Below, in pieces: positions 37,746 through 49,754 of a stretch of 64,000 bases of DNA. Position 1 is the first letter of the stretch. Each line of letters starts with the position of its first letter. The notes below the pieces were generated by a model. The model searched no databases. It saw nothing but the letters and a program-made list of their open reading frames with translations, and was not told the DNA's origin. The position numbers were made by a program, and so were the translations under genes. The DNA is from Rhynchobatus australiae (taxonomy: Eukaryota), in contig JAUZTB010000011.1 in NCBI GenBank assembly GCA_034780895.1, positions 20,060,894-20,124,893 on the forward strand, given 5' to 3'.

Positions 37746-37889
37746 TGTTCTGATGAAGGGTTTTTGACCTGAAAAGTTAGCTCTGTTTTTCTTCCCACAG
37801 ATGCTGCCTGACCTCCTGAGCATTTCCTGCATTTTCTGTTCTTAATTCAGATTTCCAGCATCTGCAGCTTTTGTATTTTTTTTTATTTT
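37746..37889 (+). mobile_element. Hammerhead-headed Penelope-type mini-insertion with TSD
   Basis: gtt CTGATGA a gggt-ttttg-acct GAAA agtt agc. TSD cacttgtttttttt (37732-37745 / 37890-37903). Confidence 0.82.
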
Positions 37890-39544
37890 CACTTGTTTTT
37901 TTTGGACTGAGGAAAGTGAATTGTGATGTTCCCTGGGGATTTGTGTTCGTCTATTGTTTTTTTCTATATTAAAGACCTAGACTTGAGGATGAAAGTCATA
38001 ATTTCTAAATTTGCAGGTGACCACAGAATTTGGTAGTATTCTGAACTGTGAGGTGGATANNNNNNNNNNNNNNNNNNNNNNNNNNNNNNNNNNNNNNNNN
38101 NNNNNNNNNNNNNNNNNNNNNNNNNNNNNNNNNNNNNNNNNNNNNNNNNNNNNNNNNNNTGGTAACTTGCAGCAGGACTTGACAAGCTGATAGCATGAGC
38201 AGACACAGGGCAGATGAAGTTTACTGCACAGAGATATGAGCTAAAGCATTATGGTAGGAAGAATGAGGAGAGGTAACATAGAGGAAGGATACTGTTCTAA
38301 AAGGGCTGCAGGACCAGAAAGACTTGGGGCTATGAGTTCAGAAGTTACTGAAAATGGCAGGACAGATTGAGAAAGTGGTTAATAAGGCATACACAATTCT
38401 GGGCTATAACAACAGAGGCAGAGTATAAAAGCAGAGAAGTCAAGCTGAAAACACTGGTTTGACCTCATCTGTGTTCAGTACTCATTGCCTCATGATAGGA
38501 AGGATGTGGTGGACTGGAGATAGTCCAGAGGAGATTGACGAGAATGGTTCCCACGATGAGAGATTATACTTATAAGGGTAGATGGGAGAAGCTGGAACCA
38601 TTTGCTTTAGTGAAGAGGGCTGAGGGGAGATCTGAAAGAAATATGAAGGGTCTGGACAGAGAAGAGGCTGGACATGGGGTGGCTGTTTCCATTGGTGGAT
38701 GCGTTGTTGACTTGAGGTCACAGGTATAAATCGAAAGGGAACAGAATTAATAGTAACATGAGAAACAAACTTTTTTACACGGCATGTGGTTGGAATCTGG
38801 AATGCATACTTCCTGCAGATGTGGTTCAGGCAAATTCCACTGTGGCCTTCAAGAAGGAATTGGATAATTATATAGCAAGGGAAAATCTACAAGGCTACGG
38901 AGAAGGAGCCGGGAGGTGGAACTAGTGAGTTGCTCTGGGAGAGAGCCAGCATAGACATTGCGTCAAACTGGTCTCCTTCTGGATGGTGATCATTCCATGA
39001 CCTAGGATTCTGTGATTTGAATGTGAAGGGTGGGTTGTTAGACTCTCTCTTGTTGGAGAGGGACATTGTCCGACATTTTTGTGGTGCAGATGTTACTTAA
39101 CATTTATCAACCCATGTTTGAATGTTGTCTAGGTCTTGTTGCATGTGGCAATGGACTAAATCATTTATTGAGGAGTGTTGAATGGATCATCCATGAACAT
39201 TCCACGTCTGACCTTATGATGAAAGGAAGGCCATTAATGATGCGGTTGAAGATGGTTTAGCACTGGACACTGTCCTGATGGATTCCTGCAATGATATCTT
39301 GGGAAAAGGATAGCTGACATCCAATCATATTCTTTAGTGTAAAGAAAGACACCAACCACTGGAGTGTTGTCCTTTTGATGCCCATTGACTTCAATTTTCC
39401 CAGGGTGCCTTGACACCTCACTCAGTCAAATGCTGTCATGATGTCAAGGATGGACAGTCTCTCCAAACTCTGGAATTCATTTTTTTGGTCCATATTTAGT
39501 GGTTCCAGCAAAATCAAACTGGGCATTGGCGAGTAGCTAAGTGG

Positions 39545-39655
39545 AGACACAAGAGACTGCAAATGCTGAATTCTAGAGCAACAGTCAAAAAACTAACTAA
39601 TGGCTGGAGCAACAAGAGACTGCAGATGCTGGAAACCAATTTCCTCCAGCATTTT
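39545..39655 (-). mobile_element. Penelope-type terminal fragment inside the CR1-like element
   Basis: acaagagactgca.atgctg occurs twice; antisense to the 3' end of the 16727 unit. Confidence 0.6.
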
Positions 39656-40848
39656 TATCAGTGAGTAGATTATTGGTGAGTACATGCTACTTGATAGCAC
39701 TGTCAATGACAGATTCTATCACTTTGATGCCATTTGAGAGCAGAATGGTTAGGTGATAATTAGACAAATTGGATTTGTCCTGCACTTTGTGAACGGGACA
39801 TGCCTGGGCAATTTTCCATGTTGTTGGGAAGATATCAATGTTGCAACTGTACTGGAACAGCTTGTCTAGAGGCACAGCTAGTTCTGGAGCGCTGGTCTTC
39901 AGTATTTCAGCTGGCATTTTGCCTTGTCCCAAAGCCTTTGCTACATCTAGTGCCCTCAGCCATCTCTTGCTATCATGTCGAGTAAATCAAATTGGCTGGA
40001 GGTGGGCTACTGTGATGGTGGGGATCTCAGGAGGAAGCCAAGAAGGTTCGTCTATTTGTGACTGAATATAGTGGTAAATACTTCAACCTTCTCATCAGCA
40101 CTCACATGCTGGGCCCCACTATCATTGAGAATGAGGATGTTCATGGAATCTCCTCCTCCCATAAGCTTGTTAAATTGTCCACCACAATTCACAACTGAAA
40201 GTGATGGGACTGCAGAGCATTGATCAGACTTGTTGTGAGATCATGTAGCTCCATCTATTGCACGCTGTTTGTGCTTTTTTAGCATGCACATATTGTCTTG
40301 TGTTGCAGCATCAACAGGCTGACGCCTCATCATTTTTAGGAAGGGCTGATGCTGCTCCCAGCTTGCTCCTTCTACACTCTTTGAACCCATTGATCTCTCT
40401 GGCTTGATATTAGTGGCAGAGTGAGGGATATGCAGGACAATAAGGTGAGAGGTAGTCTAGATTTCTGCTACTGCTGATGGTCCACAGAGTTTTGAACTGC
40501 CAGATCTGTTTGGAGTCCATCCCATTCCACAAACCCGTGGTGCTACACAGAATGAGGGAGGGGGTCCTTGGTGTGACGACAGGACTTTGTCTTCTCAAGA
40601 ACTGTGCAGTGGTCACTTCTACCTGTGCTATCATGGGCAGATGCAATCGCCACATATAGATTGGCGAAGACAAGTCAAGTCCCTTCATGTTGATGCTCTG
40701 ACTACCTGCAGCACAACTGGTCAAACTTGAGCAGTTTCTTCTGCTTCATCCAACTGCTTCGCCAGACCTAATCCCCAGACAAACTTTTCCAAAGAAATCA
40801 GGTTTGAAATAGGTTAGAATTTTTCTGCTGCTGACAAAAGCCATCCTC

Positions 40849-41121
40849 ACGATAGTGTAGCGGTTAGCGCAATGCTGTCATGTGCCGTAGGGTTCAATTC
40901 CAGCCGCTGTCTGTGAGGAGTTTGTACGTTCTCGCCACGTCTGCGTGGGTTTCCTCCAGGTGCTCCGGTTTCCTCCCACATTCCAAAGACATACGTGTGA
41001 GGAGCCGTGGGCATGCTTTGTTGGCACTGGAAGAGTGGCAACACTTGCGGGTTGCCCCTGGCACATTCTCAGTAACTCAAAAACATGCATTTCACTGTGT
41101 GTTTCGATGTACATGTGACTA
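40849..41121 (+). mobile_element. Full-length young V-domain SINE with Rex1-like tail
   Basis: Box A tagtgtagcggtt, box B gggttcaattcc, V-domain gtctgcgtgggtttcctccaggtgctccggtttcctcccaca, tail gcatttcactgtgtgtttcgatgtacatgtgactaata. Confidence 0.88.
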
Positions 41122-43704
41122 ATATCTAAATATCTATATCTCTTTGTGAGGTTTGCAATGTCACACTCTTTGGGATGAAGTTGTAGACAATTTAGTCCTG
41201 TACAGGTAAGAGTTGAGTCGGGGCTGTGGAATAGCTGGTCACATTCTCCACAACACAAAGTCCATGAGGTCCCCATACTAGTTACAAGTGACACTGAAGA
41301 GGCAGGAAGAGAGAAATCTGAAACAATAGTTGGCAATGGAGAAAATAAGACAAGCACATTTTACACAGCAACTTTATATTCATTTAGAGAGAGTTTCCAT
41401 TCCTTATTTCTAACCTGATTGAAACCCAAACCTTCTCTGCTAACCCACCGAACCAGAAGAATTGACTTTGTCACACGCTGAACTCTGTTACTGTGAAATC
41501 CACACTGTTTATATTGGCTGTCAGCATGATTTGTCGCTCCCTTTCCTGGCCAGTGCCCTGCTGCCTGAGTCATTGAACTCCACTTGTGGGCAGAATAAGT
41601 AATAGCTGCTTCCACTGGAGGCAGCATTAAAATTGTTTCTGTAGGACCTCAATCTCAGGAGATGCCTTTAGATGTTGGTACTTTCAGACTGCTTTACTTC
41701 ATTTACCTTAAAGGGTTGTCAGTGAAATTCAGCCAGCCAATACAGCGAAGCTACACGCCAAATGCTCCTTTTGATTTAAGCTACAGAATCACAAATGTAC
41801 TATTTGATCCATTGTGTCTGTACAGACTCTGCTAGAATCCATGCAACCACTGAATAACAGAAGCAGGCCATTCAACTCATCGTATTTATGCTGGCTGGCT
41901 CCCTGTTCAATCTAAATTAAAATCCACTGTCCTGCTTCTTCCCAAAACTCTACGTTGTTCTCAGTTTCAAAATTTTGTCCTTTTTTCAAGTAATATATTC
42001 CATGTTCCAAAAACTCTTTGTATGGAGCAATCAAACTTGAAATTACTCCTTGGTCTCAGTGCTGGTCTTAGATGTGACGGCACACTTATTACCTGACTTA
42101 TTACTTCAGTGGGCTCTACCTTGGACAAGGTGACTCCACCATGTTAGACTACATGTGGATAACACCTTGGAAGAAGTGAATTGCAATTTCAGTATGTTAA
42201 TTGGACAACTGGGGCATCATGCATTTTGCAGTGTGATTTGAGTGTTCTGGAACTCACCAGTGAAAGCACAAAGGCAGTGACAATTGTGGAGAACAAGGAC
42301 ATGGCAGTGAAAGTATAGTCTGTGTTCACCATGATCCCATCTCCAGTTCAACAGTCACACCATACACATACCCATAACAGTAAATATTAATTGCCAGACA
42401 ACCTTTTATCAGAGTATGTAACTAGACATCAGATAATACAGGCAGTTCTAATGATGCAACTTAGATTAAAATTTAAATGACCTTCACCCCTTATGGCAAC
42501 TTGCTTAATTCTAATTCACTGGCCAATTAACTCAGTAACCTTTGATAATTAAAGGCATGGCAAGTTCAGAATAGCTTCTCCCTATGGCACTCAATCATTT
42601 AATTAAAATTCATAGCCCAATTAACTGATCTCACCTGAAGCCTCAGGTCAGATTTCCTTTGTCTTTGTTCCCCGCCCCTTTTGCTTTAGAGTTTTGACCA
42701 ACCACAAGCTACTTTAGGATTCCATGTTTTCAGTATTGCATCGATTTGTCATTTCCTTTAAACTTATAAAAGCAGGTAATAATAGTTGAGTATATCACAC
42801 ACAAGGTTTATGATTAATTATGACCAAGAAAGTTAATTAATGAAAACCACATATTTCTGAAGTTTGGATTTTGATGATAAAAAGCAAGGTGGTGCCATTG
42901 AATTGAACAAGCAGGTGAGTTTGTAGTCCATCCTTTTGTATTTTATACTGGTTCCATTTTGGATTTGGCCATGTGTCTGAAGATATGAAGCAATTTCCAT
43001 GAGGTTATATTATTTTTAATTTGATACAGATGTCCCACTGCCATCAAATGATCAAAGTATGACAGCAAATGCTTTCAGCATTAAATCTTAATCCAGTGTT
43101 TGTTCCCCGAAATTCACCACAATGTATATTTATTCTTTTTATGCAAAACTGGCTTTTGAGGCAATTATGGAAAATGTTAATAGTCTGATTTAAAATTGTT
43201 TACTTCTAATGTAGCATGTTGTAGCAGATTCTGGTAGGAATTTGGGAATGTCAGTGATGACTCTTATAACTAATCATAGCCATGAGCTAACTTACTACAT
43301 GTGACCATAGAATAGTTCCATTTGATGCAGAATTATTTCATGTGATCTCTTAAGTAATACCAATGAAAGTCTGTAATTGAATTCTGTAAAATTTCATGCA
43401 TTTACAGTTCAAGCATTGGAGGGGAAAATAAAGAGACTAGTGAGTTACCAAAGATCTTATTTTCTTTCTTTGTAATTCTATTGTTTGGTTTCTGGAAAGG
43501 ATAATATCACACTTTTGTGAATAAGAGTGCTTTTAGCAGATTACTACCACAGGCTGTTTTCAAATATGGGACTTAACACAGTAGTTACACCTAGTGAAAC
43601 TAATAGTTTGCTCACTTATTAAAGAGTGGTTAGGATTGGAGGTGTGATGGTGAGGAGGGAGAAAAAGATCAATTAATAGAGGTCAGTCATCCTCAGGTAT
43701 GTTA

Positions 43705-43935
43705 AAAACAAACTGCTGTAGAAACTCAACTGGTCAAACAGCATCTATGGAGGGAAATGAATAGTCAATGTTTTGGATCAAGGTCCTACAATAAGTTTTA
43801 AGACATTTGAATAAACATATGGATAGGAAAGGATTAAGGGGATATGGGACAAGCTTAGGTGGGCACCTTGGTCAGCCTGCATGAGTTGGGCTGAGGTGGC
43901 TGTTTACATGCTGTGTTTATGCTAGGACTCCAAGA
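43705..43935. mobile_element. Penelope-type unit (-, 43705-43790) joined to a CR1 tail (+, 43795-43935)
   Basis: gtcaaacagcatctatggagggaaatg; then agacatttgaataaacatatggataggaaagg. Confidence 0.65.
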
Positions 43936-44289
43936 TTCTAAGTCACCAGCACCACAAAGCATCTATTTACAACATCTAGACACCATCAATGTAGCTCTGA
44001 ATGTGCCTGGAGAGCGCTCAGCTGGGATGTAGTGTTTCCTCTTCACTGGGAGTATCCATGAACTTAAAATCTTACTTCTAAATTACAAAGTTTCTTCTCT
44101 TTGAAAAGACCTGAGTTTCTGCCTAGAAAATCTGCCGGGCATGACTTTGAGAGCTTGGTGAGCTGTTGTTGCCAGGACTACTGCCATTCACCTTGTGGGA
44201 GGACCCTCTAGAATCTGTAAAAGTGGAAACAGTGCAAAGCATTGCTTTTGAGGTTAGGACCTGCTTCTTCATCATCAGATCTCCCGGCT

Positions 44290-44605
44290 TCATCGAGCCC
44301 ACACCGTCAGCCACCTATTACCACTGATCCTACATTCATCCCATTTTGTTTTTTTGAATTCTCCCCATATTCTGATCAACACCTCCCAGATCCTACTGCT
44401 GACCTACACAAAGGGGCAATTTACAGTGACCAATTCATCTACCACCCACGTGTCTTTGAGATGTGGGAGGAAAATGGGGCACCTGGAAGAAACCCACGCA
44501 GTCACAGGGAGGATGTGCAAACTCACGCACACACAGCACCCGAGGTCAGGACTGAAGCTGAGCCACTGGCTATGAGGCATCGACTCTACCAACTGCGTCC
44601 TGTCC
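44290..44605 (-). mobile_element. HE1-type V-SINE
   Basis: aggggcaatttacagtgacc..tgtgggaggaaaatggggcacctggaagaaacccacgcagtcacagggaggatgtgcaaactc. Confidence 0.85.
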
Positions 44606-45202
44606 AGTTGAGATTCTTGGTCAGTCGTGATTCTGAGACTGTTGATGGTGGGGAGCTGTGAAATGTTTTTATCAATGTATTAATGAAAATGACAAAAAAA
44701 AATCATCAATTTTCAGTGTTGGAACTAAGCGGACAAAATACTGCAGGTTTTTTTAAAATCTGAAATGATATCAAAAAGACAATTGACAAAAATTAATGTG
44801 TTAAGATTTTTTAACTCTTATCAATACTGAAATTATTTAATACGTTTAAATTACACTGAGATTGATTTCCCACATCCTGGTTGACCATTCTTCTGTAACT
44901 CTCCTGCTTTCTTTCTTGTGCCAAGTCTTTAACATTGGAAATGGGTGCTTGATTGCATTTCAATGGCAAAACATGGTTAATTAAATATTTTAAGTAATTT
45001 TGAACTTGTGTGAAATGATTTGTAAAGTGTATAAAACTATGTAGTGTGCACTTAAGAACTAGATTGTATCATGAGGTATGACTTCTGATGCATTGTTGTA
45101 CCCAGCATTGACAGTTCAACAAAAGACATCGTGTGTAGCTCTTCCTCTGTTTACTGCATCGACAAGCAACAACACAATGAAACCCACAGCGACCTTTTGA
45201 GT

Positions 45203-47725
45203 ATAGACCATACAACATAGGAGCAGAATTAGGCCATCCGGCCCTTTGAGTCTGCTCTGCCATTCGATCGTGGCTGATTTATTTGTCCCTCTCAATCCCA
45301 TTCTCCTGCCTTCTCCCTGTAACCTTTGACACCATTGCTAATCAAGAACCCATCAACACTGCTTTAAACCCAATGATTTGGCCTCCACAGCCATCTGTGG
45401 CAATAAATTCCACAGATTCACTGCCCTCTGGCTAAAGAAATTCCTCCTCATCTCTGTTCTAAAGGGACGTCCTTTATTCTGAGGCTGTGCCCTCTGGTCC
45501 TAGACTCTCCCACTACTGGAAACATCCTCTCCAAATCCACTCTATCCAGGTCTTTCAATATTTGGTTTGTTTCAATGAGATTTCCCCACCCCCCCTATTC
45601 TTCTAAACTCCAAGTACAGTCCCAGAGCCATCAAATGCTCCTCATACATTAACCCTTTCATTCCTGTGATCATTCTTATAAACCTCCTCTGGACTGTCTC
45701 CATCTGCCACTTCTTTGCCCATTCTTCCAACCTGTCCAAGTCCTTCTGCAGACTCCCTGCTTCCTCAACACTACCTGTCACTCCACCAATCTTCGTATCA
45801 TCTGTAAATTTGGCCACAAAGCCATCAATTCTGTCATCCAGATCATTAATATATAATGTGAAAAGTAGCAGACCCAACACCACTAGTCACTGGCAGCCAA
45901 CCAGAAAAGGCCCCCTTATTCCCACTCTTTGCTTTCTGCCAGCCAGCCAATCTTCTGTCCATGCTAGTACCTTTCCTGTAATACCATGGGCTCCTATCTT
46001 GCTTAACCACCTTGTGTGCAGCACCTTGTCAAAGGCATTCTAAAAATCTAAGTAAACAGCCACTGACTCTCCTTTGTCTAGCCTGCCTGTTACTTCAATT
46101 CCAGCAGATTTGTCAGGTTAGATCTCCCCTTCAGAAAACTATGATAACCTTGGCCTATTTTATCATGATCTTCCAAGTACCCTGAAACCTCGTCCTTAAC
46201 AATGGACTCTAACTTCTTGCCAACCATTGAAGTCAGGCTAACTAGCCTATAATTTCCTATCCTTCTTAAAGAGTGGAGTGACATTCACAATTTTCCAGTC
46301 CTCTGGAACCATTCCTGACACTAATGATTCTTGAAAGATCATTACTAATGCCTCTACAATCTCTTCAGCTAGCTCTTTCAGAACCCTGGGGTGTAGTCCA
46401 TCCGGTCCAGGTGACTTACCTGCCTTTAGACCTTTCAATTTCCCAAGCACCTTCTCCTTAGTAATAGGGACTACACTCACTTCTGCCCCCAACTCTCTTG
46501 AATTTCTGGCATGTTGCTGGTGTCTTCCACAGTAAAGATTGATGCCAAATATTTATTCAGTTTGACTGCCATTTCCTTGTTCCCCATTACTACTTCTCCA
46601 GCATCATTTTCCAGTGGTCCGATGTCCCCTCTTGCCTCTTATTTTTTGTGTATTTGAAGAATCTTTTAGTATCCTTTTTTATATTATTGGCTAGCTTACC
46701 TTCATATTTCATCTTTTCTCCCATTATTGCTTTTTTTTTAAGTTGCCNNNNNNNNNNNNNNNNNNNNNNNNNNNNNNNNNNNNNNNNNNNNNNNNNNNNN
46801 NNNNNNNNNNNNNNNNNNNNNNNNNNNNNNNNNNNNNNNNNNNNNNNNNNNNNNNNNNNNNNNNNNNNNNNNNNNNNNNNNNNNNNNNNNNNNNNNNNNN
46901 NNNNNNNNNNNNNNNNNNNNNNNNNNNNNNNNNNNNNNNNNNNNNNNNNNNNNNNNNNNNNNNNNNNNNNNNNNNNNNNNNNNNNNNNNNNNNNNNNNNN
47001 NNNNNNNNNNNNNNNNNNNNNNNNNNNNNNNNNNNNNNNNNNNNNNNNNNNNNNNNNNNNNNNNNNNNNNNNNNNNNNNNNNNNNNNNNNNNNNNNNNNN
47101 NNNNNNNNNNNNNNNNNNNNNNNNNNNNNNNNNNNNNNNNNNNNNNNNNNNNNNNNNNNNNNNNNNNNNNNNNNNNNNNNNNNNNNNNNNNNNNNNNNNN
47201 NNNNNNNNNNNNNNNNNNNNNNNNNNNNNNNNNNNNNNNNNNNNNNNNNNNNNNNNNNNNNNNNNNNNNNNNNNNNNNNNNNNNNNNNNNNNNNNNNNNN
47301 NNNNNNNNNNNNNNNNNNNNNNNNNNNNNNNNNNNNNNNNNNNNNNNNNNNNNNNNNNNNNNNNNNNNNNNNNNNNNNNNNNNNNNNNNNNNNNNNNNNN
47401 NNNNNNNNNNNNNNNNNNNNNNNNNNNNNNNNNNNNNNNNNNNNNNNNNNNNNNNNNNNNNNNNNNNNNNNNNNNNNNNNNNNNNNNNNNTGATTTCATT
47501 TTTTACCAACAGAGCCACCCCACCCCCTCTCCCCACCTGCCTGCCTTTTCAATAGGATATGTATCCTTGGCTGTTTAGCGCCCAGCTATGATATTTTTTC
47601 AACCACAACTCTGATGCTCATATTGTCATTTCTGCCAATTTCTAACTGTTTGTCTACCTTATTTTGTATACTGAGTGCATTCAAATATAACACTTTAGTC
47701 CTGTGTTCACCACCCTTCTCAAATT
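45203..47725 (-). mobile_element. Long CR1 LINE ORF2 (endonuclease to RT to 3'UTR), with N gap and internal deletions
   Basis: Peptides GRGGGVALLVKNEI, KSPGPDGLHPRVLKELAEEI..VPEDWK, NYRLVSLTS and YINDLDD..KFTDDTKIGG. Confidence 0.93.
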
Positions 47726-49299
47726 TGCCTCAATGAAGTTTAGGATGTTACTGCTTGAGGCAGCAGTCGGTTAGTGGTTGAGGAAGCATGCAGGAATGCT
47801 GCCATCATAGAGATGGCCCTTGTGAATGTGAGGTAGTTTTGCTCAGAGTATGATTCTGTCTTCTTTTTTAAAAAAAAATAAACAGGCCCACAAAGTCTGT
47901 CATGGTGCTATGGTTTTGCTTATCAAGGCCAAGCCATGTGGATATTGCAAGCAGATCAGAGGAAACCAGCTGATTACATGTATTGTATGTTAAAGCAGGA
48001 AGGACAAGAAAGAAAATATAACCATATAATCAATTAATGTATGAAGCTATATGATCTGTTAACTATTACATTAATGTACGGATATAAATTCAATTATTTA
48101 TGAACTCGTTCAGTTTTTTGGTCCACTTTCACCATGTTTTTTTGGTACATTTTGTTTCACCCATGTCCATGGGGTTATGATATTGTATACTGTTTTATCT
48201 TTTTTAACCTAATTCCAAGAGTCATCAAGGCTTCCTCATTTCTACAGGGTTGAATGACATCAATCATATTTTATAGCTATGTATCATTATTGCAAGTTTG
48301 AAATCCCTTCAATCACAGCAGTCATACAGCGATTGTTGTTCCACCATCTCGTCTTCAAAAAGGCAATGACATAATGGTGGAAGCAGATGCCAGATATGAA
48401 ATGTGTTGTTGATTAAAGGAGAGAATAAATTAAATTAATTATGGCCCAATGCAGAAATCATAATCTAATGAGAATAAGGTACATTATTCGCTATTTCTGA
48501 AGTTATCGTGAGATTTTACTATTATTACTTTATTTTTTACTTAAACAATCAGTAATGTTGTTGAATCATAATGTCCATGTTTACATTCATTTATCTTTAA
48601 ATAAATTTCAGTAAGGTGAAAAGCTGTCTTTTNNNNNNNNNNNNNNNNNNNNNNNNNNNNNNNNNNNNNNNNNNNNNNNNNNNNNNNNNNNNNNNNNNNN
48701 NNNNNNNNNNNNNNNNNNNNNNNNNNNNNNNNCTGTCTTTTGTACTTAGTGTTTGCTTTGGTATCACACAGCAGCTGTTAAAACATCAGGTGAAAGAATG
48801 CAGTTTTAAAAATAGATTAATTGCTATTAAATTCTCTTTTATATGTAACAATTTAAAACTGCAATGTCAAAAGTCAAATGTAATGTAGAAAAAAAACTTG
48901 CCAATGCACAGCAAACAGTGGAACTTGTAAATCATGCTACCTGCAGATGATCTAAAGTGTGTGACTGGGCATTTGTCTCTTTATGGAGCCTGAGTATATG
49001 GATCAGAATGCAACCTTACTGAAGGTTCTTGCAAAATGTTTGTTCCAGCATTTGGTATCTTGATTGACAATGGCTAACTCTATGCACCCAATGACACAGC
49101 GAGGTTGTACTCAGAGAAGCTATTGAAGAATTCTTCCTCACTATATTTGTTGTTAAATCATCAGCTGTAATTGTCAGTAGAAATAGCAAATTGGAAAAAT
49201 CATGATGCAGCTTGATTGCAATAAAAGGTATTTACTTCCAGAATCCCTTTACTGGTGTGCTACTGAGCCAGGTATAAATAATATCTTTGGTTCAATCCC

Positions 49300-49580
49300 C
49301 ATTGCACACCGAGGCCCTGTCTGTCCTTTGGAAGGATTTGAAAGGTTCCATGGCATTACTTGAAGAACAGGGGAGTTCTGCTCATTATTATCTGCTAGCC
49401 AACATCATCAAATGGGATTGTTTGCTTATTGGCACACTTTTACTGGTGGGAGCTTGCTGCGCAAATATTGGCTGCCAGATTTCCCACATTACAACAATGA
49501 AGGTACCTCAGGAATACTTCAGTAGTGGCAATATGTTTGTGACAGCTTGAAGTTGCTGAGAGTGGGCATTACTTTTTTCC
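49300..49580 (+). mobile_element. Deu-domain SINE
   Basis: ccgaggccctgtctg..ccatggcattacttgaagaacaggggagttct..gggagcttgctgcgcaaatattggctgcc..cattacaaca. Confidence 0.75.
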
Positions 49581-49754
49581 AGGAATTGAGGAGAGAATTT
49601 GGAATACTTATCTTCAACTTTATTAATAGTAAACAAAATTAATAAAACTCTGGCTTTGTATCCCCTATACCTCCAGCAGTATGTTATCAGACACAAATAA
49701 CCTTCATGCAAGAAACTAAATCGGATCAGATTTGCTAACAGTTACAGGAACAAG

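Larger units (their letters stand above)
36551..39016 (+). mobile_element. Decayed CR1 LINE ORF2 (~2.5 kb)
   Basis: Peptides YEKRLAANI, PDEMHPLILSEVWEEI..EDWR and RMVPTMRDYTYKGRWEKL; CR1 tail at ~39000. Confidence 0.88.
35943..40735 (-). mobile_element. Long decayed CR1-like LINE (second clade), split by an inserted CR1
   Basis: RT peptide LKTSAPELAVPLDKLFQYS..PTTWKIAQACPVHKVQDKSNLSNY (39687-39932). Sequence resumes across the insertion (ccattg at 36544-36549, then ttgaatgtgaagggtggg at ~39017). Confidence 0.85.

Noticed and set aside
40849-40910. tRNA-like sequence with A and B boxes (also 54524 and ~60250)
   Set aside because: These are SINE heads continuing directly into the V-domain, without a complete cloverleaf.
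44110-44290. Short open frames with splice-like sites on both strands
   Set aside because: Mutually incompatible candidates with no recognisable peptide; the ORFs run into a SINE.
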